Positions 9,162-18,713 of a DNA stretch of 64,000 nucleotides are shown here, one piece after another. The stretch is from the NCBI GenBank assembly GCA_963743775.1, contig CAVURA010000008.1, positions 517,152-581,151 of the forward strand, written 5' to 3'. Source of the stretch: an uncultured Bacteroidales bacterium (lineage in GTDB: Bacteria > Bacteroidota > Bacteroidia > Bacteroidales > VadinHA17). A program made the translations under genes and the position numbers. The notes under the pieces are model-generated. The model saw nothing but the letters and a program-made list of their open reading frames with translations. It was not told where the DNA came from and searched no databases. The number at the start of each line of letters is the position of its first letter. The stretch's first letter is position 1.

Positions 9162-10826
9162 ATGAGAAAACCGTCATTATTACCCCTTGTTGCAATGATA
9201 CTTATTTGCAGTTGTTCAGGAAAGAATCCGGAAATGAAAAACAGTTACAACATTATCCCTGCACCTGCTGAGCTGATAATGCTTAAGGGTGCGTTCACGG
9301 TTGATGATAAAACCGCCATGGTGGTTTCCCCGCTGACAGGTGAGACAGCCCTTGCGGCCCGGTTCCTGGCTGATATGTTAATTAAGAGCGCAATGATCAC
9401 TCTTCCTGTCAGCGATAATTCGAAAGCAGGAAGCAACAGTATATTCATGATTATTGACACAGCCCTTACAACCGGCCCGGAGGGTTATGTTCTTGAGGTC
9501 ACGAAGAAAAAAATAGAACTCAGGTCGACCACAGCAGAAGGGCTGTTTCACGGTGTACAGACCATCAGGCAGCTTCTTCCTCCGCAGGTAGAGGTGTCAG
9601 GTGGGCTAACCGGAGAGATAAGACCTGTGGTGCCGGCCTGCGTGATCACCGATGAGCCCAGATTCAGATACCGGGGCATGCATCTCGATGTGTCCCGCCA
9701 TATCTTTCCCGTGGAAGAAATAAAGAAATATATTGACGTACTCGCCCTGCACAAGTTCAATACGTTCCACTGGCATCTGACCGATGATCAGGGTTGGAGG
9801 ATTGAAATAAAGAAATATCCCAATCTCATGACCGTTGGATCACAACGCAAGGAAACTCTTGTCGGGCACGGTGGCAGACCCCCGTTTGTTTATGACGGCA
9901 TACCTCACGGAGGCTACTTTACACAGGAAGAAATCAGGGAGATTGTGAAGTACGCATCAGACCGCTTCATCACCATTATCCCCGAGATTGAAATGCCCGG
10001 TCATGCAATGGCCGCACTGGCATCATACCCTGTACTGGGCTGCACCGGCAAACCTGTGGATGTTATGACACGGTGGGGCGTATTTGATGATGTCTTCTGC
10101 GCGGGCAAGGACACCACCTTTGCTTTTCTTGAGGATGTAATTGATGAAGTTGTGGAATTGTTCCCGTCAGAGTATATACATATAGGAGGTGATGAATGCC
10201 CGAAGGTGCGCTGGGAGAAATGTCCCGCATGCCAGAAGAGAATGAAGGATGAGGACCTGAAGGATGAAAATGAGCTGCAGAGCTATTTTGTGACCAGGAT
10301 GGAAAAATACATCAATTCAAAAGGGAGAAAGATTATAGGCTGGGATGAGATACTTGAAGGAGGGCTGGCCCCGGAGGCAACAGTAATGTCATGGCGTGGA
10401 ATAAAAGGAGGGATCGAGGCAGCCAGGATGGGGCATGATGTGATTATGACTCCCAGCACACATCTGTACCTGGATTATTATCAGAGCGAACCTGAAGGCG
10501 AGCCTCTGGGAATAGGAGGCTACTTACCGCTTGAATGGGTTTACTCGTACGAGCCCCTGCCTGATGAACTGAAACCGGAGGAACAAAAATATGTCCTTGG
10601 CCTGCAGGGTAACATCTGGACCGAATACATCTCCACCCCGGAGCATCTTGAATATATGGCATTCCCGAGAGCCTTTGCCATAGCTGAGACAGGGTGGACA
10701 CCCGCCATGAAGAAGGACTTCGAGGATTTCCTTGCAAGGTTCACGGCCCAGAAAGAGAGGTATGATCTGATGAATGTAAATTACTTCAGGGGTGAGTACC
10801 GGAATATCCGGGGAAGGACAGAATAG
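9162..10826 (+). CDS. Beta-N-acetylhexosaminidase (GH20), lipoprotein
   Basis: 554 aa with a lipobox (LICSCSG), the FRYRGMHLDVSRH and HWHLTDDQGWR motifs, and IHIGGDECP. Confidence 0.9.
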   Translation: MRKPSLLPLVAMILICSCSGKNPEMKNSYNIIPAPAELIMLKGAFTVDDKTAMVVSPLTGETALAARFLADMLIKSAMITLPVSDNSKAGSNSIFMIIDTALTTGPEGYVLEVTKKKIELRSTTAEGLFHGVQTIRQLLPPQVEVSGGLTGEIRPVVPACVITDEPRFRYRGMHLDVSRHIFPVEEIKKYIDVLALHKFNTFHWHLTDDQGWRIEIKKYPNLMTVGSQRKETLVGHGGRPPFVYDGIPHGGYFTQEEIREIVKYASDRFITIIPEIEMPGHAMAALASYPVLGCTGKPVDVMTRWGVFDDVFCAGKDTTFAFLEDVIDEVVELFPSEYIHIGGDECPKVRWEKCPACQKRMKDEDLKDENELQSYFVTRMEKYINSKGRKIIGWDEILEGGLAPEATVMSWRGIKGGIEAARMGHDVIMTPSTHLYLDYYQSEPEGEPLGIGGYLPLEWVYSYEPLPDELKPEEQKYVLGLQGNIWTEYISTPEHLEYMAFPRAFAIAETGWTPAMKKDFEDFLARFTAQKERYDLMNVNYFRGEYRNIRGRTE

Positions 10827-10834
10827 CCAGGAAT

Positions 10835-11365
10835 TTATTTTGCGGGGTTCAGCATCTGAAGCATATATTCGGTGACGAACCTTCCGTCAGTCCTTACCCA
10901 TTCTTTTTTTTCGGCACTGCGGACAAAACCGTGGCGCAGGAAGAGGTTCATGCTTTCTTCATTGCCTTCGAGGATGTTACACCACAACTGATGCAGGTTG
11001 AGTGTCTCAAAGGCATATCTGATGATGCATTCCAGGGCTGCCGAACCGTAACCTTTTCTCCTGTCGTCCGGGTCAGCGATGAGTATGCCTACGCCAGCCC
11101 TCATGTGATAATGATCAAAATCGAAGAGGTCGATCGTCCCGACAGTCCTCTTTCCGGAAGTGACATCAATCATCAGCCTCAGCTGTCCTGTCTCAAAAAG
11201 ACTTTTATGTGAATTGGCAATATACCGCTTCAGTGTATATCTGGAATAGGGAACAAGCGTATTGCTCTGTTTCCAGTTTGCTTCCTCATTCTCCCAGGTG
11301 TAAAGGAGTTCAAGATCCTCAGGTTCAACTGCTCTCAGCCTGACAATGTCACTTTCGAGAATCAT
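10835..11365 (-). CDS. GNAT family N-acetyltransferase (RimJ/RimL-like)
   Basis: The domain starts at MILESDIVRLRAVEPEDLELLYTWENE, and the acetyl-CoA motif is RRKGYGSAALE. I chose the start at the ATG at 11365. The longer track ORF reaching 11518 would run through the 3' end of the upstream gene. Confidence 0.75.
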   Translation of the reverse strand: MILESDIVRLRAVEPEDLELLYTWENEEANWKQSNTLVPYSRYTLKRYIANSHKSLFETGQLRLMIDVTSGKRTVGTIDLFDFDHYHMRAGVGILIADPDDRRKGYGSAALECIIRYAFETLNLHQLWCNILEGNEESMNLFLRHGFVRSAEKKEWVRTDGRFVTEYMLQMLNPAK

Positions 11366-12995
11366 TTCTGTATACTTTCTTGACGAAGATATCGTTTGGA
11401 TAGCCCAGCCTGAGTAACCTGGCAACTTCTTCATATGCTTTGGGCTTCGTGTCAAAACGCCCGGTGACATAACGGTAGAACTTGTCCTGGCGGTTAAAGA
11501 ACACGGCAATATCCGCATATTGAAAGTATGCCGGATCGACAGGGTTATAGAGTGCCATTACCTGGACAGTATAATAGAGAACTTCCGGGTCAACCTCCTC
11601 ATCGGTATCTCGCACATCTTTTATAATCAGGTTCATAATGAGCGAGGATGAATCTGTGAGGGTTATATAAGGCAGGTCTTTAAGATCAAAGCTGATAGTC
11701 ACGGTGTCTCTCGGCTCTTCAGAAGGTTGATTGAAGGAAACGAGCGTTATTTCCTTCTTTTTATAGGCAGTAAGGATTGAATAGTACCCGAATTTGCCGT
11801 TGTCAAAAGGCTCAAACCCAAGATCGTCATCGGTGGTGCTGATGGGATATCCTATGTTGACAGGTGTACCCCATACGCCTGCTGCAGATGTTGATTTAAA
11901 AATGTCATAGCCTCCGATTGATCCGTGACCTTCGGAGCTGAAGGTGAGTGTAAGTCCGTCCTGAGAAATAAACGGAGTCTCCTCATTATAAGGGGTGTTG
12001 ACTATGTTCCCGAGGTTTGCCGGCACGCCCCAGTCGCCTGTCTGGTCTCTTTCAGATACCCAGAGATCAAGCTCCCCAAGTCCGCCCAGGCGGTTGGAGG
12101 TAAAATACAGTTTCTTTCCGTCCGATGATATGGCGGCGTGAGATTCGTAGTACTTTGTATTTATGTTTTTGTTGAGGCTGACGATGTCAGACCATTTTCC
12201 GTTTTTGAATGTCGTTACATAAATATTGCCATCGTAATTGTCATTCTTGAACAGGTACAGTTCTGTTCCGTCGCTGTTAAGAGATGTTGTATAACAATCA
12301 GGTCCCATTGCAGCCTGGGAAGTGATATCGACGGGTGTGCCCCAGCTGTCGCCATCCTTCCTGGTGACGTAGACGACGGACTCCAGTCCGCGGCGTTCTG
12401 TGTAGGCCATTGTGCTGCCGTCATAGCTCACCACCGGCCTGTCATTGACAGAGCCCTGGTTTATGTACTCTTTCAGGGGTGTGATCAGCACATCAACGGG
12501 TGCCTTCATCTGTACCGAAGCAAGATTGCATGCCTGGATCTGCTGGTTGATGAACTCCTGGTTCCTCATCTCACCGGTTTCGGAAACAAGGTTTTTAAAA
12601 AACCGGTAAGTGTTCAGGGCGCTGTCGAGATGGTTTGTTATCCTGTAGGCGTTGGCAAGCGAAAAGTACGCATCAAGCGGAGCCCTCTTCTCTTTGAGTA
12701 GGCCGGTTTTGGAGCTGTAACTGGTATTTTTTACAGCATCTTCAAGGAAAGGAATTGCTTTTGGTTTCTCATCGAAGATATTCAGATAACAGTTGCCGAT
12801 CTTGTACTTGATGTTTGCATTGCCTGGCTTAATGTCATTAAGTATCAGGTAGAGAGGGTTGGCAAGTTCAAATTCGCCGTAGAGATAATGCGATTCAGCC
12901 TCCAGCCATATCGCTTTTACCTGACTTTTCTTCTGGGCGCTGAGCGGCACAATTGCAAGCAGTCCTGCACAAAAAACTATTCCCCTTATTCCCAT
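11349..12995 (-). CDS. TPR + PD40/WD40-like beta-propeller protein with a SPOR-like C-terminal domain (paralog 1 of 3)
   Basis: 548 aa with a signal peptide and an N-terminal TPR-like block (KIGNCYLN...APLDAYFSLANAYRI). The repeated PD40-type motifs are INT.YYESHAAISSDGKKLYFTSNR and YNEETPFISQDG. The C-terminal YYTVQVMAL...YRYVTGRFDTKPKAYEEVARL resembles SPOR. Confidence 0.75.
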   Translation of the reverse strand: MGIRGIVFCAGLLAIVPLSAQKKSQVKAIWLEAESHYLYGEFELANPLYLILNDIKPGNANIKYKIGNCYLNIFDEKPKAIPFLEDAVKNTSYSSKTGLLKEKRAPLDAYFSLANAYRITNHLDSALNTYRFFKNLVSETGEMRNQEFINQQIQACNLASVQMKAPVDVLITPLKEYINQGSVNDRPVVSYDGSTMAYTERRGLESVVYVTRKDGDSWGTPVDITSQAAMGPDCYTTSLNSDGTELYLFKNDNYDGNIYVTTFKNGKWSDIVSLNKNINTKYYESHAAISSDGKKLYFTSNRLGGLGELDLWVSERDQTGDWGVPANLGNIVNTPYNEETPFISQDGLTLTFSSEGHGSIGGYDIFKSTSAAGVWGTPVNIGYPISTTDDDLGFEPFDNGKFGYYSILTAYKKKEITLVSFNQPSEEPRDTVTISFDLKDLPYITLTDSSSLIMNLIIKDVRDTDEEVDPEVLYYTVQVMALYNPVDPAYFQYADIAVFFNRQDKFYRYVTGRFDTKPKAYEEVARLLRLGYPNDIFVKKVYRNDSRK

Positions 12996-13062
12996 TTTTC
13001 TTTTTTACTACAACATTATTTCTTCCCGGTCATCATCATACAATGACCTTCCCTTGCCAGTA

Positions 13063-14343
13063 TCATTTGAACCTGATGTGGTAAATGTCCAGTTTTCCTG
13101 CTCCGTTGTCCCTGTGCGCCATTGAGATAAAACCTCCCTTGCCGCCATCTGTTGGGCAGAAAAAGATGTTATCGTCAGGGGTGTTGACAGGATAGCCGAG
13201 GTTCTTAGGTTTGCTCCAGAGACCGTTACTCTGCAATTCGCTTCTGAAGATGTCATAACCGCCCATGTTATAATGACCCTGTGAGGCGAAGAAGAGCATG
13301 GTGCCCTTATTGATGAGGAAAGGCCTGTCATCGTTGAACGGGGTATTTATCTCCGGCCCCATGTTCAAAGGCTGGCCCCATTCGCCATCGGGCATCAGCT
13401 TCGACAGGTAAAGGTCAAGGCCTCCGAAGCCACCCGGCCTGTCGCTGGAAAAAATCATGGTGGAGCCGTCATCGGTTATGAAACCGTGCGCTTCCCAGTA
13501 TTTTGTATTTATCTCTTTCTTTAGCTTGCGTGCAACATCCCAGCGTTCTCCGTTGTATGTGCTGATCCAGATATCACTGTTGATGTTGTCATCCTTTGAC
13601 AGAAGCATACGGTCACCGGCGGCTGAGAGCCATGAGACATAATGATCACCGTCGGACTGCAGTTCAGGCGTGATATTTACAGGCTGTGACCATTCATTTT
13701 TTACCAGTCGTGAGACCATAATGGCATCATAAAACTTCATGGATGTCATATATGCGAGCGACTTTCCGTCAGCCGAAACCACAGGGGAGAAGTTATCGTT
13801 GCCGTCATTGATCATTTCTCCCAGTGATTCAACAGAGAATTTTACAGGGTCAGACATAATCGCCGGTGCGTTGTTGCAGGCCGCGATCTGCTGATCGACA
13901 TACAGTATATTTTCTATGTCGGTCGCCATCAGGGTCGCCCTGTATCTGCCATAAGCCTCCTTGGCTTTTTCAAACATGTAATTGATTCTGTAAGCATCGC
14001 CAAGGAAGAAAAGTGCTTCGTATGGCGCATCAACCTGTCTCAGTGAACCCTCACGGTATTTGGCCGAGATTTTCTGAGAAGCTTTCTCCAGGTACTCAAT
14101 TGCCAGGTTCTTGCTGTCTTCAATGTTGAGATAGCATAATCCAATGCGGAAGGCAATGCTCGCATTATCCGGCATGGAAGTATAGATCCCCTGGTAATAA
14201 GGCAGCGCATCAGCATAGTCTCCTCTCATGAGGAAGTACTCTGCATCATAAAAAGCTTCCTGCAGTCTGGTGTTGTCCTGTGGTTTTGCAGTAATGCCAA
14301 GCCCCAGCAGGAACAACAAAACAGTTAATCTCTTGATTTTCAT
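13063..14343 (-). CDS. TPR + PD40/WD40-like beta-propeller protein (paralog 2 of 3, no extra C-terminal module)
   Basis: 426 aa, collinear with its neighbours: FRIGLCYLN...APYEALFFLGDAYRI; INTKYWEAHGFITDDGSTMIFSSDR; GGYDIFRS; LGYPVNTPDDN. Confidence 0.75.
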   Translation of the reverse strand: MKIKRLTVLLFLLGLGITAKPQDNTRLQEAFYDAEYFLMRGDYADALPYYQGIYTSMPDNASIAFRIGLCYLNIEDSKNLAIEYLEKASQKISAKYREGSLRQVDAPYEALFFLGDAYRINYMFEKAKEAYGRYRATLMATDIENILYVDQQIAACNNAPAIMSDPVKFSVESLGEMINDGNDNFSPVVSADGKSLAYMTSMKFYDAIMVSRLVKNEWSQPVNITPELQSDGDHYVSWLSAAGDRMLLSKDDNINSDIWISTYNGERWDVARKLKKEINTKYWEAHGFITDDGSTMIFSSDRPGGFGGLDLYLSKLMPDGEWGQPLNMGPEINTPFNDDRPFLINKGTMLFFASQGHYNMGGYDIFRSELQSNGLWSKPKNLGYPVNTPDDNIFFCPTDGGKGGFISMAHRDNGAGKLDIYHIRFK

Positions 14344-14350
14344 ATCGGTA

Positions 14351-16465
14351 TTATGCTTTATCAGTTTCTTCTTTTTTCTTCTTTCTCCTTCTCCGGAGGA
14401 TAAGGAAAATAATAATCGGTACCAGGAGCAACAACCACCAGAGGCAGCTGCATCCTTCGCCCCGGTCGCTCTCCGGCGTCACTTCATCACCGGCCATTGG
14501 AGGTGCCGCGGTCGTTGTATCAGCCTTGACGGTACCCTTGTCTGCCACAGTGGTTTCAACAGCTGCCTCTGAGGGCGGTCGCACCGGCAATTCCTTATAA
14601 AGAGGCTTTTGTGCATGAGGACGGCCGGTGCGGGTCACCAATACAGCCGCCGAAGCTGTGTTGCCGAAGCGGTCAGTAAGGTCGAAGGTAATCCTGCTGT
14701 CGCCACGGGATGGCACAAAACTGTAAGTGAAGGTCGTGTCATTCATGCGGTGCTGCTCTGCTATCAGGTTTGAGTCAGGCATCACGACAGTTATATTCAG
14801 TGTCGACATGGTCTCAACCATCAGCGCGATAGGTACAGGGTCAGCGGAAGTGACGGTTATGACACTATCACCGGACAGTTTCAGGTAAGCTGTCACATCT
14901 TTATTGTAAAGGGTTACCGGATCAATGCTCACTGTGTCACCCTTGTGGGTCAACGGCATCTCATAAGTCTGGGACATAGTCAGAGCACCGTCTGAAGTAA
15001 ATGTGAACCGGTAAGATCCCTGAGGGAGCCAGAAAGAGTACAGTCCGGTGACTGGATTGGTAATAGCAGATATCACTCTTTTCGTGTCAGCATTGTTTAT
15101 AGCGGTGACCTCGATTGTCTGCAGATACTCGCTCAGCAGGTTGCTGATGACTGCTCTTCCTGTTATGAAAAAGTTACGCGGATTAAGGTCTGAATAGATA
15201 TCATAAGTGAGAATATCCATCTTTCCCTGACCCTCAGGGGTAAATCTGGACAGGTAGCCCCGGTTGCCTTTTCCCACCGGCATGAAAAAGAGATCATCAT
15301 CGGTAGTGTTGACAGGATATCCAATATTGACAGGGGCACCCCATTCACCTTTCTCGTCAAGATCAGATCTGAATATGTCGTAACCACCCATGTTATAATG
15401 ACCTCGGGAGCTAAAGAAGAGAGTCCGGTCGTTGTTGGCCAGGAATGGTGTTTCCTCATTATATTCCGTGTTGATGACAGACCCCAGGTTCTTTGCCGGT
15501 CCCCAATCGCCTGTGCTGTCGCGCTCAGAGACAAAGATGTCAAGACCGCCAATGCTTTCCTTCCTGTTGCTTGTGAAAAAGATTCTCCTGCCGTCCTGTG
15601 TCAGCGTTGCATGGGACTCCCAGTATTTTGTGTTTATGTTACTGTTCAGCTTTTCAACATCACTCCACTTTTCGCCCGACAGTCTGCTCTGATAGATGTT
15701 CCCGTCGAACCTGTCAATCCTGTAAAGCAGCAGCGTTTTTCCATCACCCGTAAGCGAAGATGTATAATAATCCTGGTCAATGCCCAGCTCAGGAGTAAGG
15801 TTAACAGGATTGGACCATTGCCCGTTTACTTTAGTAGACCAGAAGACGGCATCATAAAACTGCAGTTCACGGGTGAAGAGCATCGACTGCTCATCTGAGG
15901 AGATCACGGGGTTAAACTCGGAGAAACGCTGGTTTATACGGTCACCGAGGTTCTTCTCAATGACATAAACAGGCTTCTTCATCATCTCACGTGCATTGTA
16001 GCACTCTTTAATCTGGAACCTTACAAGGTTTGTATCGTAGACCTCAGGATCAACATTTTGAATGACCTGTTTGTAGGTCTCAATAGCCTTGTCAAGGTCG
16101 TTGCTGATACGGTATGCATTTGCCAGGAAATAGAGTGCGTCATACGGAGCCCCTGTCTCACGGAATTTGCCTGGCCGGTATTCCGGGTTAATATTCCGGG
16201 CTGCAGTCTCAAGGAATGAAATTGATTTGTCCTTTTCGCCGGGCGTATTCAGATAACATTGCCCTATCCTGAAATAGTAATTATAATTTTCAGGGTAAAA
16301 CTGCAGCAGGTTAAGGTATTTGGGAAGTGCTTCAGCGTAATCTTCGAACAGTATATCACCTTCAGCAGAGACGAACATCTCCCGGAATTCGCTCTTTGTC
16401 TGACCCTGAAGAGGCACTACGCACATAAAAGCCAGCGCATACAGGAGATATTTAGCTCTTCTCAT
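14351..16465 (-). CDS. TPR + PD40/WD40-like beta-propeller protein with a beta-sandwich extension and a C-terminal TM anchor (paralog 3 of 3)
   Basis: 704 aa with the same N-terminal 420-aa architecture: FRIGQCYLN...APYDALYFLANAYRI; INTKYWESHATLTQDGRRIFFTSNR; GGYDIFRS; IGYPVNTTDDD. A CarboxypepD_reg-like stretch follows (FFITGRAVISN...GLYSFWLPQGSYRFTF). The C-terminus is a hydrophobic helix plus polybasic tail, WWLLLLVPIIIFLILRRRRKKKKEE. Confidence 0.75.
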   Translation of the reverse strand: MRRAKYLLYALAFMCVVPLQGQTKSEFREMFVSAEGDILFEDYAEALPKYLNLLQFYPENYNYYFRIGQCYLNTPGEKDKSISFLETAARNINPEYRPGKFRETGAPYDALYFLANAYRISNDLDKAIETYKQVIQNVDPEVYDTNLVRFQIKECYNAREMMKKPVYVIEKNLGDRINQRFSEFNPVISSDEQSMLFTRELQFYDAVFWSTKVNGQWSNPVNLTPELGIDQDYYTSSLTGDGKTLLLYRIDRFDGNIYQSRLSGEKWSDVEKLNSNINTKYWESHATLTQDGRRIFFTSNRKESIGGLDIFVSERDSTGDWGPAKNLGSVINTEYNEETPFLANNDRTLFFSSRGHYNMGGYDIFRSDLDEKGEWGAPVNIGYPVNTTDDDLFFMPVGKGNRGYLSRFTPEGQGKMDILTYDIYSDLNPRNFFITGRAVISNLLSEYLQTIEVTAINNADTKRVISAITNPVTGLYSFWLPQGSYRFTFTSDGALTMSQTYEMPLTHKGDTVSIDPVTLYNKDVTAYLKLSGDSVITVTSADPVPIALMVETMSTLNITVVMPDSNLIAEQHRMNDTTFTYSFVPSRGDSRITFDLTDRFGNTASAAVLVTRTGRPHAQKPLYKELPVRPPSEAAVETTVADKGTVKADTTTAAPPMAGDEVTPESDRGEGCSCLWWLLLLVPIIIFLILRRRRKKKKEETDKA

Positions 16466-16553
16466 TCAGGTGGTATGTTTTCATAAAGAGACTAATATAA
16501 GCGAAATATTGTAGAAAGATGATATACAACACATCCCTTTTTAACAACAAGGC

Positions 16554-17414
16554 TTACTTTTTAATTAACCGCCTGATCCGAAGGGAGATTAATGCGCCTG
16601 ATTCAATGAGTTTTACGGTTGCCCTTACCGGCAGGTGCCATCCTGGGTTCAGGTGCTTCAGTGCAAATATATTCATCGCACCGTAAAAGTGCCTGATCGA
16701 GCTCGCTTCGTCCTGCCTGGCACTTTTACCCTTATAATGAGTTATCTGGACATCAGGGAGATAGTAGTTGAAATAACCTGCTTTTCTGATCCGCCAGCAG
16801 AGGTCTATGTCTTCCCCGTACATGAAAAAATCGGTGTCAAACAGACCGGCCCTGTCCAGCGCATCGCGCCGTATGAGCATGAATGCACCTGTAAGTATGT
16901 CAGCTTTGCATCTCTCATTTTCAGGCAGATGTCCTAAATAATAGGCATTGAAGAAGCTTGAGCGGTGGAAAAGTTTACCCATGCCAGTGAACCTGAACAG
17001 TGAGGTAAGAGGGGATGGGAAACCCCGTTTTGATTCAGGCAGGAAGAGCCCGTTGCCGTTGACCATCCTTGCACCTGCAGCGCCTGCTTCAGGATGCCTG
17101 CGCATGAACACCAGCGCTGTGGTGATGGCATCAGGTTCAACAACGGTGTCAGGATTTAGGATCAGGATGTAACTGCCCGCAGAAGCCAGTATGCCCCTAT
17201 TGCATGCTGCCGCGTAACCTTCATTCTTCTCTGAGACAATGAGTTTGATTCTTTTAAACTCATTCCGCACCATCTCTGCCGAACCGTCAGAGGAGCTGTT
17301 GTCAACGACTATTATTTCGTGGGAAGTCCCTTCCGCTGCTGAAATCAATGAAATGAGCGCCTGTCGCAAATAGGCGGAGACATTAAATGATACGATTATA
17401 ACCGAGAGTTCCAT
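16554..17414 (-). CDS. Glycosyltransferase family 2
   Basis: 286 aa. Motifs: LSVIIVSFN, VVDNSSSDGS, and FMYGEDIDLCWR, typical of GT2 rhamnosyltransferase-like enzymes. Confidence 0.8.
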   Translation of the reverse strand: MELSVIIVSFNVSAYLRQALISLISAAEGTSHEIIVVDNSSSDGSAEMVRNEFKRIKLIVSEKNEGYAAACNRGILASAGSYILILNPDTVVEPDAITTALVFMRRHPEAGAAGARMVNGNGLFLPESKRGFPSPLTSLFRFTGMGKLFHRSSFFNAYYLGHLPENERCKADILTGAFMLIRRDALDRAGLFDTDFFMYGEDIDLCWRIRKAGYFNYYLPDVQITHYKGKSARQDEASSIRHFYGAMNIFALKHLNPGWHLPVRATVKLIESGALISLRIRRLIKK

Positions 17415-17419
17415 CTGTA

Positions 17420-18634
17420 TCAGAGGGTTGCCATCTCCTCCCTGATCGCATCGGCGAGCCTGCTCACACCCTTGCAGGTATCTTCAGGACCGGCATAGGA
17501 AAAATTGAGGCGCATGGTGTTCTGTCCTTCGTTATTACAGTAGAAGACCGATCCGCAGACGAAAGCCACATTCTTTTTAATTGCTCTCTCGAGCAGCTTC
17601 GCAGCATCCATCGACGGGGGCAGGGTGACAAACAGGAAGAGCCCTCCTTCAGGCTCGGTCCATTTGACTCCCTCAGGCATGAACTCACGGAAGCACCTGA
17701 GCATATGATCACGCCGCTCACGGTACAGCGCTACAGTTTTCTTCAGGTTGACGTCAAGCAGTCCCTTTTCCATGTACCTGGCGGTGATCTTCTGCACAAA
17801 GGAAGGGGAACACAGGTCAGCGGATTGTTTGGCAGTGATAATTTTATCAATCAGGTCGGGATGGCCTATCACCCACGCAAGACGGAATCCGGGAGCAAGG
17901 ATTTTGGAGAAGGTACTCAGAGTAATGACCCTGCCTGAGGTGTCAAGTGATGCCATCAGCGGCTGGGGCGTGCCCTCAAAGCGTACATCACGGTAGGGGC
18001 TGTCTTCGACAATGAGAAAGTCGTACCTCTCTGCCATCCGTATTATCTCAAGACGTCGTGAACGGGGCATTGTCACACCGGTAGGATTCTGAAAGTCAGG
18101 GATTACATAAAGGAATTTTATTATGCTCCCTTCCGCTTTCAGCTTTATGACAGCCTTTTCAAGAAGATCAGGACGCATGCCATGATCGTCAAGAGGAATG
18201 CCTTTCAACCGGGCCCCGTAAACGCTAAAAGCATTCAATCCTCCCAGGTAAGAGGGTAAGCCGCATATAACAACGTCACCGGGATTAATAAAGATCTTTC
18301 CGGCGAGATCAAGAGCCTGCTGTGAACCTGTCGTGATAACAATATTATTCAGTGCCAGGCTGAGGCCATCCTTTTTATGACGCTCCGCCAGCAAAGATCT
18401 GAGCTTGTTGTCACCATCGGTGGTACCGTATTGCAGCGCTGCAGGTCCATCCTGTTCAAGGACTTCGGAAGTGATTTTTTTTATGTCGTCTATCGGAAAT
18501 GAATCCGGCGAGGGCAGTCCGCCGGCAAAGGAAATCATCTCAGGCTTCTGTGTCAGCTTGAGGATTTCACGTATTGCCGATTTCTTCATCTGTTGCGATG
18601 AGACCGAAAAGAACCTGTCAAATGTCTCTGCCAT
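17420..18634 (-). CDS. PLP-dependent aminotransferase, class I/II (2-aminoadipate/aromatic aminotransferase-like)
   Basis: 404 aa. Motifs: ISFAGGLP, YGTTDG, and STFSKILAPGFRLAW (the PLP lysine context). Confidence 0.8.
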   Translation of the reverse strand: MAETFDRFFSVSSQQMKKSAIREILKLTQKPEMISFAGGLPSPDSFPIDDIKKITSEVLEQDGPAALQYGTTDGDNKLRSLLAERHKKDGLSLALNNIVITTGSQQALDLAGKIFINPGDVVICGLPSYLGGLNAFSVYGARLKGIPLDDHGMRPDLLEKAVIKLKAEGSIIKFLYVIPDFQNPTGVTMPRSRRLEIIRMAERYDFLIVEDSPYRDVRFEGTPQPLMASLDTSGRVITLSTFSKILAPGFRLAWVIGHPDLIDKIITAKQSADLCSPSFVQKITARYMEKGLLDVNLKKTVALYRERRDHMLRCFREFMPEGVKWTEPEGGLFLFVTLPPSMDAAKLLERAIKKNVAFVCGSVFYCNNEGQNTMRLNFSYAGPEDTCKGVSRLADAIREEMATL

Positions 18635-18713
18635 GAGCTCCTTATTTTTATCAAAATAAGCAATATTTTCCTAATTAAAAAATGATAATAAAGATTAAAC
18701 GGACTGTCGTAGC

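Noticed and set aside
11366-11518. N-terminal extensions of track ORFs. Examples: the GNAT ORF to 11518, recR to 19433, PhoH to 46326, operon genes from 52468, 53730 and 54859, and the M23 gene from 25869.
   Set aside because: The extensions overlap upstream genes or promoter boxes and lack protein-like sequence. Internal ATGs give clean signal peptides or canonical N-termini.
12138-12701. A 187-aa + strand ORF. Similar long antisense ORFs occur at 15398-15898, 45298-45792, 45820-46221, 20103-20570 and 53135-53551.
   Set aside because: Each lies wholly inside a strongly supported gene on the opposite strand. Their translations are Cys/Arg/His-rich with no domain-like patterns, which is typical of shadow ORFs.
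13008-13331. A 107-aa minus-strand ORF overlapping the end of the 426-aa TPR/PD40 gene in another frame
   Set aside because: I considered it as a lost C-terminal module reached by frameshift. The translation (Ser/Thr/Arg-rich, no domain pattern) does not resemble the C-terminal modules of the paralogs. The 426-aa gene also ends in a sensible sequence.
18641-18660. An AT-only hairpin, CTTATTTT-tatc-AAAATAAG, between recR and the aminotransferase gene
   Set aside because: The stem is 8 bp of pure A/T with very low predicted stability, so it is not convincing as a terminator.
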